Below, piece after piece: positions 49,273-58,662 of a DNA stretch of 64,000 bases. Within the stretch, counting starts at the first letter, position 1. The number at the start of each line of letters is the position of its first letter. A program made the translations under genes and the position numbers. The stretch comes from Candidatus Woesearchaeota archaeon. GTDB lineage: Archaea > Nanobdellota > Nanobdellia > Woesearchaeales > WJKL01. A model generated the notes under the pieces. It was given only the letters and a program-made list of their open reading frames with translations. It ran no database searches and was not told the DNA's origin. The stretch lies in NCBI GenBank assembly GCA_036481345.1, contig JAZGHU010000015.1, positions 3,315 through 67,314 of the forward strand, written 5' to 3'.

Positions 49273-50504
49273 GACTTAATTACTTTAACACTTTTTATTC
49301 CTTGTTTTGTTACACTCTCTACTTCAATTACAACATTTTTTAACTGAATTTTTTCTCCTTTTTTAGGTATTCTTTGGAGTTTATGTTCAATGAATCCAGC
49401 TAATGTATCAAAGTGCTCTCCTTTGAGACCTAACTGGAGCATCTTGTTTATCTCTTCAACTGATGCTCTTGCATCTACTCTTATCAGTTTAGGATGGACT
49501 TTTTTGACATAGACACTTCTCCTTTCACTTCTATCAAATATGTCTCCTACAATCTCTTCTAGAATATCTTCAACTGTCACTAATCCTGAAACATTTCCAT
49601 ATTCATTAACTACAATTGCTAAGGGGGCCTTTTTAGTCTCAAATTCAGAAAGCAAAGCATCGATTTTCTTGGATCTTGGGACAAAGAATGGTTTTTTTGA
49701 GATGTTTTTTACTTTCACATCTAATCTTTTGTTTTTTGCATATTTCAAAACATCATCTACATCTAGAATACCGACAATATTGTCTCTTGTGTTCATATAA
49801 ACAGGATATCTAGAATAAGGAGATTTTACAACAAAGTCAATTATTTCTTTTAATTTTTTATTTCCATCAACCATATCTATATTTGCTTTTGGAGTCATTA
49901 TGCTTATGACTTTAGTTCCTTCGAATTCCAGAACATTGTGTATCATTGCTCCAGCTTCTTTATTTAGAATTCCTTCTTTAACACCCATTGTTACAATTGT
50001 TTTAAGTTCTTCTTCTGAAATCTTTTTTTGTTTCTTTTCTCCAAATAATCTTGAAATCCCTCTTGACATCATTTCAAAGACATATACAATAGGAAGTAGA
50101 GCAAGCGATAATAGTTCAATAGGTCTTGCAACAATTAATGATATTTTTTTGGCATGCTGTGTTGCTAATGTTTTTGGAGTTATTTCTCCAAATATCAAAA
50201 TTAGAAATGTCATTACCCCTGTTGCTATTCCAACTCCTTTTGAACCGAATAAATCTGTGAAAATAACAGTTGCAAGAGCTGCAGCCCCAATATTAACTAA
50301 ATTGTTTCCAATTAAGATTGTAATCAGTAGTCTGTAGGGGTTTTGCTTTAGTCTATGCAGTGATTTTGAGCCAAGTTTTTTTTGTCTAAGCAATGTATTA
50401 ACTTTAATCCTACTTAATGACATCAAAGCTGTTTCTATTCCTGAGAAAAAAGCTGAGAAAATTATTAAGACAACTAGTATTATAATCTGAGTTTGTAATG
50501 TCAT
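49269..50504 (-). CDS. CNNM/CorC-family transporter (DUF21 TM domain, CBS pair, CorC_HlyC)
   Basis: domain order and conserved motifs. Confidence 0.7.
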   Translation of the reverse strand: MTLQTQIIILVVLIIFSAFFSGIETALMSLSRIKVNTLLRQKKLGSKSLHRLKQNPYRLLITILIGNNLVNIGAAALATVIFTDLFGSKGVGIATGVMTFLILIFGEITPKTLATQHAKKISLIVARPIELLSLALLPIVYVFEMMSRGISRLFGEKKQKKISEEELKTIVTMGVKEGILNKEAGAMIHNVLEFEGTKVISIMTPKANIDMVDGNKKLKEIIDFVVKSPYSRYPVYMNTRDNIVGILDVDDVLKYAKNKRLDVKVKNISKKPFFVPRSKKIDALLSEFETKKAPLAIVVNEYGNVSGLVTVEDILEEIVGDIFDRSERRSVYVKKVHPKLIRVDARASVEEINKMLQLGLKGEHFDTLAGFIEHKLQRIPKKGEKIQLKNVVIEVESVTKQGIKSVKVIKS

Positions 50505-50610
50505 TATTTACCTCTTTTTTAATATTTTTGGATTAAAAGTTTTTAAATATATCGAATAATTTGATTAATAGCAATCTTTATAAGGAATAATAGAATTTAA
50601 TTTATTTAAT

Positions 50611-50712
50611 GGCGATCGTAGTTTAATGGTAGAATATAAGGTTGTGGTCCTTATGGCGCGAGTTCGATTTGGTCAAACGGTTCGTTTGGCAACGAAAGTC
50701 TCGCCGATCGCC
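50611..50712 (+). tRNA. tRNA-His(GUG) with genomically encoded G-1 and a 28-30 nt insertion (putative non-canonical intron) in the T-arm
   Basis: hand-folded. G-1 opposite discriminator C, acceptor GCGATCG/CGATCGC, anticodon stem TAAGG/CCTTA with loop TTGTGGT, T stem GCGAG...CTCGC interrupted by TGGTCAAACGGTTCGTTTGGCAACGAAAGT. Confidence 0.65.
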
Positions 50713-50815
50713 CTCTTATCATAATAAAAGCGCAAGGTTTTTAAATCAACCAGCGTTTTCCTAATAAATCAGCCCGAGTTCATTATGAGCGCACAGGGTA
50801 GTCATAATAGACTTC

Positions 50816-51310
50816 TTGGGCTTATACACAATGGAACAAAAAAAAGAATTTAAACATTTAGTAAGAATCGCAAATACTGATTTGCCAGGAGAAAAACCAA
50901 TAGGCTTTGCTCTGAAAAGGATTAAAGGTGTTAATTTTCAATTAGCAAATGCTATTTGCAATATAGCTAATATGGACAAGCAGAAGAAAACAGGAGAACT
51001 TTCTGATGAAGAAATTAACAAATTAGATGCAATAGTCAAAGATCCTTTAAAATCAGGGGCGCCTGTTTGGATGGTTAACAGAAGAAAGGATTCTGAAACA
51101 GGAGAAGATAGACATATTATAACTAATGATTTGATATTCACAAAAGATAATGATATTAAATTAATGAGAAAGATCAAATCTTACAAAGGAGTGAGACATT
51201 CTGCAGGAGCTCCAGTAAGAGGACAAAGAACTAAATCTAATTTTAGAAAATCAAAAGGAAAAGTAATGGGTGTTAAGAGAAAAGCAGGAGCTAAATCAGG
51301 TAGAACTTAA
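50816..51310 (+). CDS. rps13: ribosomal protein S13 (uS13)
   Basis: sequence, operon position. Confidence 0.85.
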   Translation: MGLYTMEQKKEFKHLVRIANTDLPGEKPIGFALKRIKGVNFQLANAICNIANMDKQKKTGELSDEEINKLDAIVKDPLKSGAPVWMVNRRKDSETGEDRHIITNDLIFTKDNDIKLMRKIKSYKGVRHSAGAPVRGQRTKSNFRKSKGKVMGVKRKAGAKSGRT

Positions 51311-51312
51311 AA

Positions 51313-51945
51313 ATGGGAGATCCAAAAAAGCACAGAAAAACCTTTTCAACGCCAAAAAAGGCATGGGAAAAGGAAAGAATTGACGAAGAAAAAGAATTAA
51401 TTAGAGAATATCATTTTAAAAACAAACAGGAAATCTGGAAGCTGAATTCTAAGTTGAGGAATTTTGCAAGACAAGCAAAAAAACTTATTGCATCAACTAC
51501 AGAACAGTCTGAAAAAGAAGAGATACAATTATTGACTAAATTAAAAAAACTAGGATTGCTGCCTGAATCGGGAGATCTGGATGATGTTCTAGGAATTTCT
51601 ACTAAAAATATTATTGAAAGAAGACTTCAAAGTATTGCTTTTAAGAATGGATTAGCAAGAACAATGAAGCAAGCAAGACAATTTATTGTTCATGGTCATA
51701 TTTTGGTTGATGGGAAAAAAGTTACTTCACCAAATTATTTGGTTCCTAAGGATAAAGAAGGAAGAGTTGAATTTTATCAAGGTTCTGCTTTGATTGATCC
51801 AATGCATCCTGAGAGAAAACAAGAAGAAAAACTTCCTAAGAAACCAGTTAAGGAAGAGAAAAAAGTACCTAAGAAAAATAAAGCTGAAGAAAAGAAAGTA
51901 GCTCCAAAGAAAGTGGAGAAAAAAGAAGTAAAAAAGGCTGAATAA
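51313..51945 (+). CDS. rps4: ribosomal protein S4 (uS4) with K-rich C-terminal tail
   Basis: sequence plus KE tail. Confidence 0.85.
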   Translation: MGDPKKHRKTFSTPKKAWEKERIDEEKELIREYHFKNKQEIWKLNSKLRNFARQAKKLIASTTEQSEKEEIQLLTKLKKLGLLPESGDLDDVLGISTKNIIERRLQSIAFKNGLARTMKQARQFIVHGHILVDGKKVTSPNYLVPKDKEGRVEFYQGSALIDPMHPERKQEEKLPKKPVKEEKKVPKKNKAEEKKVAPKKVEKKEVKKAE

Positions 51946-51946
51946 A

Positions 51947-52408
51947 ATGGAAAGACCGCAAAGAAATCAAGGAAGAGGACAAAGACCTCAAGGACGTCAA
52001 GGGCCCCCACGATATAGTGGAAATATAAGATGGGGAATAGCTCATATTTATTCTAGTTATAATAATACAATAATTCATATTACAGATATTACTGGAACAG
52101 AAACTCTTGCAATTGCATCTGGCGGACAAGTTGTTAAAGCTGATAGATTAGAAAGCAGCCCAACAGCCGCAATGACTGCTGCTAAAAAAGCTGCAGAGAC
52201 TGCTAAAGAAAAAGGAATACAAGGAATTCATGTTAAGATTAAAGCTCCGGGCGGGCATAATGGTCCAGCAAACCCAGGACCAGGAGCACAGGCAGCTGTA
52301 AGAGCATTATCAAGAGTAGGATTAAGAATAGGAATAATTGAGGATGTAACTCCAATTCCACATGATGGATGTAGGAAGAAAGGAGGAAAAAGAGGTAGGA
52401 GGGTATAA
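51947..52408 (+). CDS. rps11: ribosomal protein S11 (uS11)
   Basis: highly conserved uS11. Confidence 0.9.
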   Translation: MERPQRNQGRGQRPQGRQGPPRYSGNIRWGIAHIYSSYNNTIIHITDITGTETLAIASGGQVVKADRLESSPTAAMTAAKKAAETAKEKGIQGIHVKIKAPGGHNGPANPGPGAQAAVRALSRVGLRIGIIEDVTPIPHDGCRKKGGKRGRRV

Positions 52409-52409
52409 G

Positions 52410-53192
52410 ATGGAAGTCAAATTATTAAAGCAGGATAAGGAAAAGAAAAAACTTTCTTTTGTTATAAAAAATTCAACCCCTGTATTTGTTAATACTTTAA
52501 GAAGAACCATTATAGAAGAAGTTCCAACTTTAGCTATAGAAGATGTTGAAATTAGAGATAATAGTTCTGCACTTTATGATGAAATGGTTGCTCATAGATT
52601 AGGATTAATTCCAATAAAGACTGATTTGAAATCATATGATCTGCCTAGTGAATGTTCATGCAAAGGAAAAGGATGTTCAAAATGCACATTAAAGTTGACT
52701 TTAGTTGGAAAAAGCCAAGGATATGTATATTCAAGAGATCTTAAGAGCAAGGATCCTAAATGTGGTTCTGTATATCCAAATATGCCTATTACTAAGTTAT
52801 TGAAAGGACAAAAAATAGAGTTAATAGCAACAGCTGTTTTAGGACAAGGAAAAGAACATGCTAAATGGTCTCCTGGAGTTGTGACTTATAAAAATTATCC
52901 AATAATTGAGATCAATGAAAAAGGAGAAAGCTGTGAAGAAGCATCAATAAAATGTCCTACAAAAGTATTTGAGTTTACTAAAGGGAAATTAACTGTAGCA
53001 AATTTAGAAAAATGTACTTTTTGTAATGCTTGTATAGAAGCATGCCCTGATGGAATAAAAGTAAGTGAAAATAAAACAGATTTTATATTTACAATCGAAA
53101 GCTGGGGTCAATTAGATCCTAGAGAAATGATTAAAGAAGCAGTTAAAAGATTTCAAAAGAAAACAGACGAGTTTGTTAAGCTCCTCAAGTAA
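52410..53192 (+). CDS. rpoD: DNA-directed RNA polymerase subunit D (Rpo3) with Cys-rich insertion
   Basis: conserved RpoD/Rpb3 N-terminus plus Fe-S-like Cys cluster; start chosen at MEVKLLK. Confidence 0.8.
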   Translation: MEVKLLKQDKEKKKLSFVIKNSTPVFVNTLRRTIIEEVPTLAIEDVEIRDNSSALYDEMVAHRLGLIPIKTDLKSYDLPSECSCKGKGCSKCTLKLTLVGKSQGYVYSRDLKSKDPKCGSVYPNMPITKLLKGQKIELIATAVLGQGKEHAKWSPGVVTYKNYPIIEINEKGESCEEASIKCPTKVFEFTKGKLTVANLEKCTFCNACIEACPDGIKVSENKTDFIFTIESWGQLDPREMIKEAVKRFQKKTDEFVKLLK

Positions 53193-53209
53193 GTCGCTTT
53201 CGTAGATAT

Positions 53210-53293
53210 GCGAGGGTGGCAGAGTGGCCAAATGCGCAAGGTTGAGGGCCTTGTTCCTTAGTGGATGCGCGAGTTCGAATCTCGTTCCTCGCA
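53210..53293 (+). tRNA. tRNA-Leu(GAG), class II, no intron
   Basis: hand-folded. GCGAGGG/TCCTCGC acceptor, anticodon stem CAAGG/CCTTG with loop TTGAGGG, 15-nt variable arm, T arm GCGAG-TTCGAAT-CTCGT. Confidence 0.8.
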
Positions 53294-53308
53294 TAATAAT
53301 TATATAAA

Positions 53309-53671
53309 ATGGCAAAACGTACAGGTTCAACAAACCCTTTATTAAAGGGATTGATTCAGGAATTGAGGAAAAAAGCCAATGAACATGGCTGTAATATTTG
53401 GAAAAGAGTAGCTGATGATCTAGAAAAACCTTCAAGACAAAGAAGAATTGTTAATCTGTATAAGATAAATAAGTTTACAAAAGAGAATGAAACTGTGATT
53501 GTTCCTGGAAAAGTGCTTTCAGTTGGAGATCTTGATCATAATGTTACTGTAGCAGCATTCACATTTTCAGGATCTGCTTTAGACAAGATCAACAAAAAAG
53601 GAAAAGCAGTTACAATCAATGAATTAATACAAGAAGATCCAAAAGGAAAGAGGATAAGAATATTAGGATAA
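53309..53671 (+). CDS. rpl18e: ribosomal protein L18e
   Basis: sequence, canonical position after rpoD. Confidence 0.8.
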   Translation: MAKRTGSTNPLLKGLIQELRKKANEHGCNIWKRVADDLEKPSRQRRIVNLYKINKFTKENETVIVPGKVLSVGDLDHNVTVAAFTFSGSALDKINKKGKAVTINELIQEDPKGKRIRILG

Positions 53672-53674
53672 AAA

Positions 53675-54091
53675 ATGATAATCAATGCTGAAAATTTAAT
53701 TGTTGGAAGAATAGGAACTGTTGCTGCTAAGAAAGCTTTAATGGGAGAAAAAGTAAATATTGTTAATTGTGAAAAAGCAATAATGACTGGAAACAAAAAA
53801 GAAATAATAGCAAGATATAAAGAAAAAAGGCAGATGGGGCAAGTATACCATGGACCTTATATCTTAAGAAGACCTGATATGTTTGTTAAGAGAGCAATAA
53901 GAGGAATGCTGCCATATAAGCAAGATAAAGGAAGAAACGCATTTGAAAGAATAAGATGCTATCTTGGTGTGCCTGAAGAATTTAAAGATAAGGAAATGGA
54001 AACAATAAAAAAAGCAAATATTGGAAAAGTTCCTAGTTTAAGATATACTACTGTTAAAGAAATTTGTAAGTCAATGGGGGGAGTTAAATAA
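53675..54091 (+). CDS. rpl13: ribosomal protein L13 (uL13)
   Basis: sequence. Confidence 0.85.
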   Translation: MIINAENLIVGRIGTVAAKKALMGEKVNIVNCEKAIMTGNKKEIIARYKEKRQMGQVYHGPYILRRPDMFVKRAIRGMLPYKQDKGRNAFERIRCYLGVPEEFKDKEMETIKKANIGKVPSLRYTTVKEICKSMGGVK

Positions 54092-54093
54092 AA

Positions 54094-54492
54094 ATGCCAA
54101 AGCTAGTACATATGTCAGGAAAGAGAAAAAGAGCAGTAGCAAGAGCTACATTAAAGCCAGGAGTAGGCAAAGTTAGAATTAATAATAAGATGATTGATGT
54201 TTATGGAACTAAGCTTGCTAGATTGAGAATAAAAGAACCATTGATTTTAGCAGGAGAGATTGCTGCTGGAGTTGATATTATTGTCAGAGTAAATGGTGGA
54301 GGATCAAATTCACAAGCAGAGGCAGCAAGATTGGCAATAGCAAGAGCTTTGGCAAAATATAGCAAAAAATTAGAGAAAGTATTTTTGAATTATGATAGGC
54401 ATATGCTGGTTGCAGATGTTAGAAGAAAAGAACCAGCTAAACCAAATAGACATGGAAAAGCTAGAGCAAAAAGGCAAAAATCTTACAGATAA
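54094..54492 (+). CDS. rps9: ribosomal protein S9 (uS9)
   Basis: sequence, C-terminal ...KSYR. Confidence 0.85.
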   Translation: MPKLVHMSGKRKRAVARATLKPGVGKVRINNKMIDVYGTKLARLRIKEPLILAGEIAAGVDIIVRVNGGGSNSQAEAARLAIARALAKYSKKLEKVFLNYDRHMLVADVRRKEPAKPNRHGKARAKRQKSYR

Positions 54493-54505
54493 AGGTGATA
54501 ATAAA

Positions 54506-54703
54506 ATGATAATTCCAATAAGATGTTTCAGTTGCGGCAAACCAGTAGGTCATTTATGGGAAGAGTTTAAAGAAAGATCTAGTGCAGGAGAGCCTAAGAA
54601 AAGAGTTATGGATGAATTAGGACTGGAAAGATATTGCTGCAGAGCTTTGTTCATGGGACATGTTGATCTGATCGATACTGCTGGTAGGTTTAAGAAATTT
54701 TAA
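54506..54703 (+). CDS. rpoN: RNA polymerase subunit N (Rpo10)
   Basis: [12 protein letters not shown]...CCR zinc motif; the ORF-track N-terminal extension overlapping S9 is rejected. Confidence 0.75.
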   Translation: MIIPIRCFSCGKPVGHLWEEFKERSSAGEPKKRVMDELGLERYCCRALFMGHVDLIDTAGRFKKF

Positions 54704-54712
54704 TTTATTTCT

Positions 54713-55477
54713 TTAAATAAATTCTTTGTATTTTTCTATATATTCTTTATCTTCAAAAATAATTTTTTTGAATATTTCTTGAAATTTTTTTAATTGCATT
54801 CTATGAGCAAGATGATCAAGATCATAATGATATGTTCCATCATATCCTAATTTAATTAACATATAATTAACTTGAATCATAAATAGAGAATTATTGATAT
54901 AAGAAAAAGGGCGTGCATTTATAGCATAAAAATAATATGATGCAATCTTCTTTATGGGATGTGAAGAGTTATCTTCAATTTCTTTTTTCAAATCTATTAA
55001 ATGTTTATGACATTCTTTTAAATATAATTCTAGATACACACTTCTTGGATAAATATGGAATCCATTTTTTTTACTATGTGGCCACCCTTGTTTAGGTATC
55101 TTATGAATTTTGATGAATCTATCTGATTTTGAAGACCCAAAGTATTCTGCTAATTTTTGTTTTTTTAATCTTGTTGATCTAACTCTTACATTATCTTTTC
55201 TAAAATCAAAAGGTTTATTTTTGAACCATTTTTTATATAATCTTGAATCAATTTTTCTATAAGGGCCATTATCATTTTTTCCTAATGCAATTATTTTTCT
55301 CATATTTTTTAACATGCTTTTATATTCTTTATATTCTATTTTTTTTGAATTATACCATTTATCGAAGAATTCAAAAGCGCCTATACAATTTCTAATATAT
55401 ATTTCATTAGCATCCTTTAAAAGATGAGGATATCTTATGAATATATTGTTATTTTTTAATGGAGTTTGTGTTTTCAT
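54713..55477 (-). CDS. hypothetical protein, first gene of the AT-rich island
   Basis: 254 aa, N/K/Y/I-rich composition, no recognisable catalytic motif. Confidence 0.3.
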   Translation of the reverse strand: MKTQTPLKNNNIFIRYPHLLKDANEIYIRNCIGAFEFFDKWYNSKKIEYKEYKSMLKNMRKIIALGKNDNGPYRKIDSRLYKKWFKNKPFDFRKDNVRVRSTRLKKQKLAEYFGSSKSDRFIKIHKIPKQGWPHSKKNGFHIYPRSVYLELYLKECHKHLIDLKKEIEDNSSHPIKKIASYYFYAINARPFSYINNSLFMIQVNYMLIKLGYDGTYHYDLDHLAHRMQLKKFQEIFKKIIFEDKEYIEKYKEFI

Positions 55478-55575
55478 TCTAGGATTTTTTTCATTTTAAA
55501 TTTTAACTGCAACATCTTTAATAAATTTTTTGATGAATACCAATATTTTTAAATGAGAATAATAAAACATTAAAA

Positions 55576-57072
55576 ATGAAGGTATTATTTATATATCCTA
55601 ATTTGAAGGGAAATGATGTTAATATAGGTATTAGTCTACTTTCAGCAATTTTAAAAGAAAAGTCACATGAAGTAAAAGTAATACATATCAATGAATCGTT
55701 GGGAATCCCTTTTGATTTTGAATTAATAAAAAAAGAAATAATCTCTTTTAATCCTGATTTGATAGGAATTTCTGCAAATACTACTCATTTTTCTATGGGC
55801 ATTAAAATTGCAAAATTCATTAAGGATAAAATGACAGAAGAAGTCCCCATTGTTTTTGGTGGTGTTCATACAACCCTTAATCCAGACGAAATTTTAAAAT
55901 TTGATTGTATTGATATGTTGGTAGTTGGAGAAGGAGAGGAAGCAATAGTTGAATTAGTAGAAAAACTTGGAAAAAAAGAAGACATTTCAGAAATTCAGAA
56001 TTTATGGCTGAAAAAAAATGACAAAATTATCAAGAATCCATTAAGAAGATTCATACCTTTAGATAAGCTGCCTCCAATGGATGTCAGTATCTGGGATTTT
56101 CAGAAAGTTATTGATTCCAAAAAGGGATGGGTTAATGTTAGTTTAAATAGGGGGTGCCTTAATAATTGCACGTATTGTTTTAATAAATCATATAAAACTA
56201 TTTATTCCAAATATTGTATTAACAAAACAGATAATTATTTGAGGATTGGGGATTACACTACAAAAATCAAAGAAATTAAAGATATTTTAAATTCTTATGA
56301 AGGGGTAAAGATTATACGTTTTGTTGATGATGATTTTTTACTGAATGATTCAATTATTGAATTCATGAATATATTCAAAAAAGAGATAAATTTACCTTTT
56401 GTAATTAATGCCCATATAAACTCTGTCAATGAAGAGAAATTAATAGCACTCAAAAAAAATAATTGTCATCTTTTAGGAATTGGAGTAGAATGTGCTAATG
56501 AAAATATTCGTAAAGAAATTTTAAATAGGCATATGTCAAATCAACAAATTAGAGAAAAAATAAAATTAATAAAAAAAATAGGAGTAAGATTAATGAATTA
56601 TATTATGTTTGGTTTTCCTACTGAAACAAAACAAAATGTAATTGAAACCTTAAAATTAAATTCTGAATCTCAACCAGATATTGTAAGAAGCAGCATATTT
56701 TTTCCGTGTGAAGGAACTGAATTGTATTCTATATGTGAAAAACTTGAGCTTATATCTCATTCAAAGGATCAGAATCTTTTTACTTATTTTGAAAAAAGCG
56801 TGTTAAATTTTAATGATGATTTCAAATTATTTTTAGAAAAAGTTCAAAAATATCTTGATTGTTATTTGAATTATTATAATGAAAATCTTTCTTCAAAATA
56901 TGGTGCTCTTATTGCTATGATTAATAATTTATCTAGGGAACAATGGGGTGATGAAGAAGTTCATAAAGAAATTCAAAAAATGAGGGAGTCTATATCTCAA
57001 GATTTATGTTCAAAAAAAACATTTCATTATGCTATGAGATTCACATCTTATTTTGCAGTAAGAATAAATTAG
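55576..57072 (+). CDS. B12-binding-domain radical SAM enzyme
   Basis: N-terminal B12-binding Rossmann region followed by the CLNNCTYC radical SAM CxxxCxxC cluster. Confidence 0.65.
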   Translation: MKVLFIYPNLKGNDVNIGISLLSAILKEKSHEVKVIHINESLGIPFDFELIKKEIISFNPDLIGISANTTHFSMGIKIAKFIKDKMTEEVPIVFGGVHTTLNPDEILKFDCIDMLVVGEGEEAIVELVEKLGKKEDISEIQNLWLKKNDKIIKNPLRRFIPLDKLPPMDVSIWDFQKVIDSKKGWVNVSLNRGCLNNCTYCFNKSYKTIYSKYCINKTDNYLRIGDYTTKIKEIKDILNSYEGVKIIRFVDDDFLLNDSIIEFMNIFKKEINLPFVINAHINSVNEEKLIALKKNNCHLLGIGVECANENIRKEILNRHMSNQQIREKIKLIKKIGVRLMNYIMFGFPTETKQNVIETLKLNSESQPDIVRSSIFFPCEGTELYSICEKLELISHSKDQNLFTYFEKSVLNFNDDFKLFLEKVQKYLDCYLNYYNENLSSKYGALIAMINNLSREQWGDEEVHKEIQKMRESISQDLCSKKTFHYAMRFTSYFAVRIN

Positions 57073-57095
57073 TTCTATAATTGATCAAATATAAC

Positions 57096-58571
57096 CTAGT
57101 AGTTTTTTATTATATGTGCTATAGATTTTCTAAGACTGTATTCATCATCAAAACCCCCTTTTACTTTAAAATTTCCCCCAATAGGAGAAGGAGCATCTTT
57201 TAATTCGTTTCCTTTTTCAGTAGCCCAACCAAAATCAATTAATTTAATAATGCCATCTTTTACAAGCAAATTATCTGGTTTAATATCTCTATGAACTATT
57301 TTTTTGTTGTTTAATTTTAATAATATTTCTTTTATTTGTTCATTATAATTATTAGGAAGATTCTTTTTTGTTAATGGGATTCCGGAATATTCAATAATTA
57401 TTTTAGAATCATTTACATCTTCAATTAATTTCGGAAAATGAATTGAATCTAATTTTTTTAACGCATTGACTTCATATTTTTTACATCTTAGTAAATTAGA
57501 ATAATTACTATTTTTATTAAAATAAGATTTCATTATTTTATTTTTTGATATTCTACTAACTTTAGATGTTTCTCCTTTGAAATTTAATAAGGGTTTAGTA
57601 CATTCAAAAATTAGCTTTTTTGAATTCTTTCCCTGTTGATATTTGCTCAATTCAATTTTTGTAAAACAGGTATTATTAATTAAGAAATTTTTAATACCTT
57701 CTATATCCCGTATACCCATCTCTTCCATTTCTTCTTGAAGAGAGGTTTCAAAAAATAACATTCTATTAATTTTTTTAGTAAATTTATACATAAAATTTAA
57801 TGCATCTTCCTTTCCAAGAGTTTTTAATAATCTATTAAATTCACCAAACCAAACACAATAATTTATATTGTTTAAATTTTGCAAAATGCTTTTTGTTAAT
57901 GGTCTATTAGAAAAGATTGCATTCTTTTTTTTTATTTCTTCTATTACCATATTGTTATTCCAATGACTTTTATATCTTATAATGTACTTATTTGCGATCT
58001 TCATACGCAACCTACCAAATTTTTCTTTAAATTTATTACAATCAATCCATTTTTCAAATAAGATCAAAGTCTTCTTATCTAATTTATGGTAATCTATTGT
58101 AAAATTAATCTCGGTATCTAAACCTTCCCACATATTTAAAGGAAGATATTTTTTTAGATTCATTTTTTTTAGAATATCTCTTTTATATTTACCAATACTA
58201 GAATTCCAACCCCTTTTATTCAAAGAAAAGGCAATGCTTCTTTCTTTATACTCATTAAAAACTATATCAAATAAGTGAGGATTTACAATTTCACAAGAGT
58301 GTGACAACAAAAGTATATTTTTATAACTGGTTTTATTATATGCTGTGTAAATGGCGCCAAATTCAAATGAGTTTGTATTAATTTTTTCAATAGTGATTGG
58401 AAGTTCTTTAAATTTATTTTGAATTTCTAAAAATTGATTAAATTCTCTTTTTTTATACTCATTAATTACTATTAAGATAGGATATTTAATATACCCTTTG
58501 AATGATTTTAGAAGATTTTCTAGGAATTTAATTCCTGATATGTGGGTAGATATAACAATAACATTATTCAT
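57096..58571 (-). CDS. fusion protein: N-terminal nucleotide-sugar-transferase-like domain plus C-terminal Ser/Thr or sugar kinase-like domain
   Basis: C-terminal HRDIKPDN catalytic loop and DFG motif. The N-terminal VIVISTH...ILIVINE pattern resembles GT-A glycosyltransferases, though this is weak. Confidence 0.5.
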   Translation of the reverse strand: MNNVIVISTHISGIKFLENLLKSFKGYIKYPILIVINEYKKREFNQFLEIQNKFKELPITIEKINTNSFEFGAIYTAYNKTSYKNILLLSHSCEIVNPHLFDIVFNEYKERSIAFSLNKRGWNSSIGKYKRDILKKMNLKKYLPLNMWEGLDTEINFTIDYHKLDKKTLILFEKWIDCNKFKEKFGRLRMKIANKYIIRYKSHWNNNMVIEEIKKKNAIFSNRPLTKSILQNLNNINYCVWFGEFNRLLKTLGKEDALNFMYKFTKKINRMLFFETSLQEEMEEMGIRDIEGIKNFLINNTCFTKIELSKYQQGKNSKKLIFECTKPLLNFKGETSKVSRISKNKIMKSYFNKNSNYSNLLRCKKYEVNALKKLDSIHFPKLIEDVNDSKIIIEYSGIPLTKKNLPNNYNEQIKEILLKLNNKKIVHRDIKPDNLLVKDGIIKLIDFGWATEKGNELKDAPSPIGGNFKVKGGFDDEYSLRKSIAHIIKNY

Positions 58572-58662
58572 TTCTTTATCAAATTGGTGAATTTAATTAA
58601 TATTATAAATAATTCTCTTTTTTCATAACTTTTATAAACATCACTTATTACTTTTCTTTAAT

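Noticed and set aside
52362-52409. N-terminal extension of the RpoD ORF overlapping S11
   Set aside because: The conserved RpoD N-terminus starts at MEVKLLK (52410), and the extension overlaps S11 coding sequence.
54392-54505. N-terminal 38-aa extension of the RpoN ORF overlapping the S9 gene
   Set aside because: Conserved RpoN begins at [12 protein letters not shown] (54506), and the upstream part overlaps the conserved C-terminus of S9 in another frame.
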